64,000 bases of DNA, from contig JBFOMH010000004.1 in assembly GCA_040830765.1 (NCBI GenBank), forward strand, positions 64,001 through 128,000. The letters are read 5' to 3'. The translations under genes and the position numbers were made by a program. This document shows, in pieces, positions 58,789 to 64,000 of this stretch. Origin of the DNA: Puniceicoccaceae bacterium (lineage in GTDB: Bacteria; Verrucomicrobiota; Verrucomicrobiia; Opitutales; Oceanipulchritudinaceae). Within the stretch, counting starts at the first letter, position 1, and each line of letters starts with the position of its first letter. Under the pieces are notes generated by a model. It did not search any database. It saw only the letters and a program-made list of their open reading frames with translations, and was not told where the DNA came from.

Positions 58789-59601
58789 TTGGAAATTCCC
58801 GCACATCAATTGCCAACGGATGACCGGAGCCCCTTTCAGCGGGCCATGGCCGTCTTCCGGCGAAAGCATTTCAGTCCCTTCAAGGCCTATATCCGGCGGG
58901 ACCTTGGCCTCGCCGTCTGCCTCAACCCGAAGGTCGGCTCGACCGCTTTCCGGTCCATCCTCGTCGAGGGTCTGAAGCGGCATGACCAGGCCCCCCTGCG
59001 GGGCAAGCTGTGGCCGCTGAATGAGACCCGGCGTTACATGACCGCCCCGGTCCGGGACTATTTCCACGCCTTCGGACAGCCGGAGGCCTATGAATTCTTC
59101 TGCTTTGTCCGCAATCCCTACGCACGGGTTATCTCCGCCTGGAATGACAAGATGGTCCGGGGACATCGGGAGGGCTACTCCCGCAGCATGAAAGGGCTGG
59201 TCCCCGTTATCAAGCAGTGGGCGGCCAAAGAGGGCCTGCCGGGTTCGGAACCAGAGGAGGTGGTCCCCTTCCCTACCTTCCTCAGCTACGTCGAATCCAA
59301 GCCGGAGGGACAGCGCAACCAGCATTGGGATTCGCAGGTGCTGGTTCTTGGAGCTGACCTTATCACCTTCAAGGGGGTTTATGACATCGGGACCGAATTT
59401 GCTGAAGGCATGTGTGAGGTCCTTTCCCGTATTGGCATCGACCGGGATTGGGTGGCTGAAAAAGTGGCCCGGCCGCAAAACGCCAGCGGGGCCATCCGGG
59501 AACCAGTGCTCGATGAGGCTCTGGCTGAACGGGTTTACCAGATCTACAAGCGGGACTTCGACCATTTCGGGTTTGATCCCGAATCCTGGCGCGGCAAGTA
59601 A
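58789..59601 (+). CDS. Sulfotransferase (Sulfotransfer_2-like)
   Basis: NPKVGST (5'-PSB), FVRNPYARVISAW (3'-PB), NQHWDSQ, YKRDFDHFGF. Start TTG 58789 or ATG 58846; the ORF-track start overlaps mscS. Confidence 0.88.
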   Translation: MEIPAHQLPTDDRSPFQRAMAVFRRKHFSPFKAYIRRDLGLAVCLNPKVGSTAFRSILVEGLKRHDQAPLRGKLWPLNETRRYMTAPVRDYFHAFGQPEAYEFFCFVRNPYARVISAWNDKMVRGHREGYSRSMKGLVPVIKQWAAKEGLPGSEPEEVVPFPTFLSYVESKPEGQRNQHWDSQVLVLGADLITFKGVYDIGTEFAEGMCEVLSRIGIDRDWVAEKVARPQNASGAIREPVLDEALAERVYQIYKRDFDHFGFDPESWRGK

Positions 59602-59604
59602 ACC

Positions 59605-59997
59605 TTACCGCTTTCCCCGCGGGCCACGGGGCAGGTCGGGACCCTGTTCCTTGAAGAGCGGCCCCTTGATGACGGAGTCAGCGTAGGCATTTTCCTGCCA
59701 CTCCCGGTAATTCCAGAGGAGCAACGTCACGAGGATGGACCCGAAGATCAGGCTGTAGCTGCAGAGCCGCTTGAATTCCGGCTCCAGCTTGAGCTTGGCC
59801 TCTTGCTTGGCCAGAAGGGCGGTCGCCACGATGGGCAGGATGAAGACCAGCGGACCCCAGATGCCAATGGTCCGCAAGGGGGCCCGCATGAGACCGGCAA
59901 ACGATGACCCCATCACCGCCATGGCAAAGACAACGGAGAAGATCAGGCTGCGGCCACGAAGACCTTTCCACAGGGCTCGGAGGGAAATTGGGGTCAT
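59605..59997 (-). CDS. Hypothetical three-TM membrane protein
   Basis: 130-aa ORF with three hydrophobic segments, downstream of the sulfatase. Confidence 0.65.
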   Translation of the reverse strand: MTPISLRALWKGLRGRSLIFSVVFAMAVMGSSFAGLMRAPLRTIGIWGPLVFILPIVATALLAKQEAKLKLEPEFKRLCSYSLIFGSILVTLLLWNYREWQENAYADSVIKGPLFKEQGPDLPRGPRGKR

Positions 59998-60041
59998 TTC
60001 ACTTCAAGCAAAGAATCAACCAGCCTTTTTGTCCAGTTGCT

Positions 60042-61991
60042 TCAACTGGAGAGGTCCATGAGATATATCCAACCGGGGCCGTTGGTGATGGAAGGACTCG
60101 TGCTGTAGACCCACGTCTGCAAGGTGGTGGAAAAGAACCAGTTGTCACGCTGGTCAACCGGGGACAGGGAACCCGTTTCAAATGTGTATAGCCAGGCACC
60201 CGCCCCTGGTGAAATATAGACCACGGGCAAGTATACCCATTCACCGGGACTGACAGCATAACGCCAACCGGCCAGCCCGTCTCCATCCCCTCCCACCCAG
60301 AGCCAGCCAATGAATCCGCGACCTGTATCAGCGTAGCCCTCAGGGTTGACCGCATAACCGGCCCAGGTGACAGTTGGATCGGGTGGTGACCGGTCCGGCA
60401 GGAAGGTCTCCAATTTCTCCCGGAAGACGGCAAGGATGGCCGCATACACGGGGTCACCGGCCAGATTATCCCATTCATAGGGATCGACCCGGTGGTCATA
60501 AAGCTCCTCGGCCCCGTTGTTGTATCGGATGTAGCGAAAGTCCTCTGACCGCAGGGAATAATTTTGGAGAACCGGACTGGTTGATGCATCAGCCGGCTGG
60601 GGATTGCGCGGGTCTGAGACATGCTGGAGCATGGTCAGGGCAACATCCGGCCCCGCCCATTCGCGGCTTTCCGGATTACCCATAAACGGCCGCAGGCTGA
60701 ATCCATCGAGCGGGCGCCCGGATCCGTTTTTGCGGGTGTCGCCTTCAAGGCCACACAGATCGACCAGAGTTGGATAAAGATCAATCAGCGATACCGGTGC
60801 CGCGGGACGACCCCCGGACTGGCTGATTCCCGGTGCCCGGATGAGCAAAGGCACGCGGCCGCTTTCCTCCCATGGAGAATTCTTGAAGAGGTATTCCTTT
60901 TCACCGAGATTCCAGCCATGGTCGCTGGTCAGGATGACAATGGTGTTGTCGGCCAGGCCATGGGCATCCAGGGCGTCCAGGACGACGCCAATCTGGTCAT
61001 CAACAAAGGCCGTGCAGGCAAGGTAGGCCTGGGTAAAGCGGCGCAGGCCTTCCTCGATTGTCGGGTAGGATTCACCGAGCTTGGTATAATAAGCGAGACC
61101 CTTCACAGTGTCCGGATAGATGTCACGAAAGTGGGTATCCTCAGCATCCGCGGGCAGGATGACCGGCAGCTGGACGCTTTCGAGGGGAAACATGTCAAAA
61201 TACTTCTGCGGTGCGAACATGGGGGTGTGCGGGCGAACAAAGCCAATCGTCAGAAAGAATGGCGGGGCCTCGGAATTGCCTGCCTGTTCCGCTGCATAGC
61301 CGGCGATCTTCCCGGCCGCCCATTGGGCATTGATCTCATCATACAACAATGAGCGGTCCTCCTCGGTGTGATAGTAAAACGGGGAGTAAGCACTGGGTGA
61401 ATAGGACCAGCCCTTGCCCACCTCACCGGCAAAGGGGACGTCAGCGAGCGTCCCGAAGGAACCGTCCCGCAGATCCACTGAACGGAAGGGTTCGGGGACG
61501 GAAGGGTGACCAACCGCCTCCGTCCCGTCCCAGGGGAACGGTCCGGCATTTCCCCGGGTTCCAAATTCCGGCCAGACGGATGCCTCAAAGTGGTGCATCA
61601 CCTTGCCGGTCCCGGCCACATGGTAACCATTGTCCGCGAAATGCTCCATCATAGTCTTGGAGTTGATGAGCACGTCGTTCTCGTACCAGCGCTGGAAGCC
61701 GAAGTTTCCCGAGGTGTGCGGATATATTCCGGTCAGGAAGCTGGCCCGGGAGGGCGCACAAATGGGATTGTTGCTGTAGGCACGGATAAAGGAGGAACCT
61801 GTCTCCGCGAGCGCGTCAATGTGTTGCGTCAGTGCTTGTGGATGCCCGCCAAGGTGGCCGACGTAGTCATTCAAATCATCACAGATGATGAAGACCACGT
61901 TGGGCCGGCTGCCTTCAGTGGCGGAAAGGCCTGTACAAAGGCCTCCAACCAAAAGTACGGTGATGAAGAGGAACCAGCGCCGAATAAGCAT
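60042..61991 (-). CDS. Secreted Cys-type (formylglycine) sulfatase, iduronate-2-sulfatase/choline-sulfatase-like, with a Trp-rich C-terminal extension
   Basis: Signal peptide; PNVVFIICDDL, CAPSRASFLTG, GKVMH, RPHTP, SDHG, ELYD. Confidence 0.92.
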   Translation of the reverse strand: MLIRRWFLFITVLLVGGLCTGLSATEGSRPNVVFIICDDLNDYVGHLGGHPQALTQHIDALAETGSSFIRAYSNNPICAPSRASFLTGIYPHTSGNFGFQRWYENDVLINSKTMMEHFADNGYHVAGTGKVMHHFEASVWPEFGTRGNAGPFPWDGTEAVGHPSVPEPFRSVDLRDGSFGTLADVPFAGEVGKGWSYSPSAYSPFYYHTEEDRSLLYDEINAQWAAGKIAGYAAEQAGNSEAPPFFLTIGFVRPHTPMFAPQKYFDMFPLESVQLPVILPADAEDTHFRDIYPDTVKGLAYYTKLGESYPTIEEGLRRFTQAYLACTAFVDDQIGVVLDALDAHGLADNTIVILTSDHGWNLGEKEYLFKNSPWEESGRVPLLIRAPGISQSGGRPAAPVSLIDLYPTLVDLCGLEGDTRKNGSGRPLDGFSLRPFMGNPESREWAGPDVALTMLQHVSDPRNPQPADASTSPVLQNYSLRSEDFRYIRYNNGAEELYDHRVDPYEWDNLAGDPVYAAILAVFREKLETFLPDRSPPDPTVTWAGYAVNPEGYADTGRGFIGWLWVGGDGDGLAGWRYAVSPGEWVYLPVVYISPGAGAWLYTFETGSLSPVDQRDNWFFSTTLQTWVYSTSPSITNGPGWIYLMDLSS

Positions 61992-62131
61992 GCCAATCTC
62001 CCATTACCGTCACGGGGCCTGCGCTGGCAATCACTTCTTCCCAAAATCCGGATCCTCGGAGCGGGTGAACTTCAGCCACCCCGAACTTTTCCATTGATTC
62101 GCTTCATCCCTGTGTTCCACTTTGCCGTACC

Positions 62132-63589
62132 ATGAAATGTGACCGCCGCCTGCCCCGTTCTCTAATTCTGGTTGTCTTCTCCACACTGCTGTTGGCTCCG
62201 TTGTTATACGGTAGTCCAAAAACGGACACGAGAAACGTCATCATTGTACTGGTCGACGATCTGGGCTGGGCGGATTTGGGCTGCTATGGAAGTACCTTCC
62301 ATGACACCCCCAACTTGGATGCGCTGGCCGCAGAAGGCATCCGCTTTACCCAGGCTTATGCCGCCTCACCGGTCTGCTCCCCTTCCCGGGCCGCGCTAAT
62401 GACAGGCAGGCATCCGGTTCGGGTTGATATCACCGACTGGATCAAGGGCTTCGTTAAAAAGGACCCGCTGCTGCAGACGCCGGAGGATCGGGACGAGCTG
62501 GCCCTGGAAGAGGTAACCATGGCAGAAATCCTCAAGGAGCATGGCTATAAGACCGGATATTTTGGCAAATGGCACCTTGGGGAAACGGAGGATTACTGGC
62601 CGGAGGCCCAGGGCTTCGATGAAAACTATGGTGGATTTTCCAAAGGCTCTCCCCCTGGTGGATACTATGCACCCTGGAATAATCCGCGGCTGGAGAATGG
62701 TCCGGAGGGGGAATACCTGACCGATCGCCTCACCGATGAAGCCATCGGGTTCCTGCACCGTAACCGGGAAAGCCCGTTTCTTATCTACCTTGCCTATTAC
62801 ACTGTGCACACGCCCATTGAGGGATGTGCCGAATGGGATGATCATTATGCCGATAAGCGGGAGGGCCTGGCCTTGCCGGATCCGGATGCCACCCGCCCGG
62901 AGGGTCCGGCCAAAACCCGCCTTCACCAGTCCAATGCAAAATATGCCGCCATGGTCCGGTCGATGGATGAGAATGTCGGACGCCTTTTGGCGGAGCTTAA
63001 GGACTTGGGCCTCGAGGACGACACCGTTGTTGTATTTACATCGGATAATGGGGGCCTTTCGACGGGAGGAGGCCGCCAAATCCCCACCTCCGTGCTGCCG
63101 TTACGGGCGGGCAAGGGTTGGTGCTATGAAGGAGGAATTCGGGTGCCACTGATTATCAGGGCTCCAGACCGAACAACGCCCGGGACAGTCAGCGCCCAAG
63201 CGACGATCAGTATGGACCTTCTCCCGACTGTCCTTGATTTGGCCGGCCGGCCTCTGCAACCGGAACGGCATCTCGACGGCATATCCCTAGGTGCCGCGAT
63301 CGCTGAGCCGGACGAGTGCCAGCCCCGGAGCCTGGTCTGGCATTTTCCGCACTACCATGCCGGCCAATGGACGCCCGGCACGGCCATGCGGGTTGGGGAC
63401 TGGAAGATTATCCAACGCTACGAAACCGGAAGTTTTGAGCTGTACAACCTGAGGGATGATCCGGGGGAGCAGGATGACCTGACAGAGGAACAGCCTCATG
63501 TATTGGAGGTCATGCGAAGCAGTCTTGAGGCATGGCATGCCGCCATGGGCTCGGGGATTCCAAGGGCCTATGGGGCTGGAGAAAATTGA
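62132..63589 (+). CDS. Secreted Cys-type sulfatase (arylsulfatase A/GALNS-like)
   Basis: NVIIVLVDDLGW, CSPSRAALMTG, GKWHLG, VHTP, SDNGG, YEGGIRVP, ELYNL. Confidence 0.94.
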   Translation: MKCDRRLPRSLILVVFSTLLLAPLLYGSPKTDTRNVIIVLVDDLGWADLGCYGSTFHDTPNLDALAAEGIRFTQAYAASPVCSPSRAALMTGRHPVRVDITDWIKGFVKKDPLLQTPEDRDELALEEVTMAEILKEHGYKTGYFGKWHLGETEDYWPEAQGFDENYGGFSKGSPPGGYYAPWNNPRLENGPEGEYLTDRLTDEAIGFLHRNRESPFLIYLAYYTVHTPIEGCAEWDDHYADKREGLALPDPDATRPEGPAKTRLHQSNAKYAAMVRSMDENVGRLLAELKDLGLEDDTVVVFTSDNGGLSTGGGRQIPTSVLPLRAGKGWCYEGGIRVPLIIRAPDRTTPGTVSAQATISMDLLPTVLDLAGRPLQPERHLDGISLGAAIAEPDECQPRSLVWHFPHYHAGQWTPGTAMRVGDWKIIQRYETGSFELYNLRDDPGEQDDLTEEQPHVLEVMRSSLEAWHAAMGSGIPRAYGAGEN

Positions 63590-63664
63590 TTTGCAGCCAG
63601 TTGATGGAATCTGCATCAAATCTATCGATTGCCCTTGTTTCACCCCTCAACCCCAAAGTAGATA

Positions 63665-64000
63665 ATGCATATATTGGACCTGATTGTATTCTTCGTCTTC
63701 GTGGCAGCGGTCATTTCGATTGGCCTGTGGAAAAGCCGAGGTGAGGACCTCAAGGGCGACCATGCCGCCAGCGATTACTTCCTCGCTGGTCGTGGACTGA
63801 AATGGTGGCTCATTGGCTTCTCGCTCATCGCCGCCAACATCTCCACCGAGCAGTTTGTCGGCATGTCCGGCAACGCGGCCAGTCATATCGGGATGGCCAT
63901 TGCCAGCTATGAGTGGATGGCGGCGATTACCCTCGTTGTAGTGGCCTTTGCCTTCCTGCCCTACTTTCTTCAGGCCGGCATCTACACCATGCCTGAGTTT
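63665..64000 (+). CDS. Sodium:solute (sugar) symporter, SSS family, 5' part (runs off the window)
   Basis: Manual translation from ATG 63665: MHILDLIVFFVFVAAVISIGLWKSR...DYFLAGRGLKWWLIGFSLIAANISTEQFVGMSG...IASYEWMAA. Confidence 0.9.
   Translation, partial: MHILDLIVFFVFVAAVISIGLWKSRGEDLKGDHAASDYFLAGRGLKWWLIGFSLIAANISTEQFVGMSGNAASHIGMAIASYEWMAAITLVVVAFAFLPYFLQAGIYTMPEF

Overview
Bacterial DNA, probably Verrucomicrobiota (Opitutia-like; inferred from gene content, not proven). About 59 kb of the window is one surface-glycan super-locus. The left part has an exosortase-EpsI fusion flanked by TPR-like genes, a short Wza/OPX, Wzc, an outer-membrane beta-barrel and a PEP-CTERM protein. Next come a stand-alone bimodular NRPS (A-T-C-A-T-TE, branched-chain amino-acid codes) and a secreted beta-helix/LamG protein. 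A ~39 kb minus-strand run follows, with about 13 glycosyltransferases (GT2/GT4/GT8/GT10), three acetyltransferases, an FkbM methyltransferase, three AT-rich sulfotransferase(-like) genes, a PglK-like ABC flippase and a Wzy-like polymerase. It also carries nucleotide-sugar genes (gmd, fcl, uxs, GlcA epimerase, two Tyv-like SDRs, a GHMP-kinase/UDP-sugar pyrophosphorylase fusion) and PAPS synthesis (cysC-D-N). The right end has MscS, a fourth sulfotransferase, two sulfatases and the start of a Na+/sugar symporter. The best novelty candidates are (i) a sulfated, fucosylated glycocalyx pathway physically linked to exosortase/PEP-CTERM sorting and an orphan dipeptide NRPS, (ii) an unannotated ~180-nt rod-shaped RNA with its own terminator at 3.5-3.7 kb, (iii) enzymes with degenerate catalytic motifs paired with intact partners, and (iv) ops-like elements and three kinds of intergenic palindromic repeat. 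I saw no tRNA, rRNA, CRISPR array or transposase. All calls come from reading motifs by eye; no database search was run.
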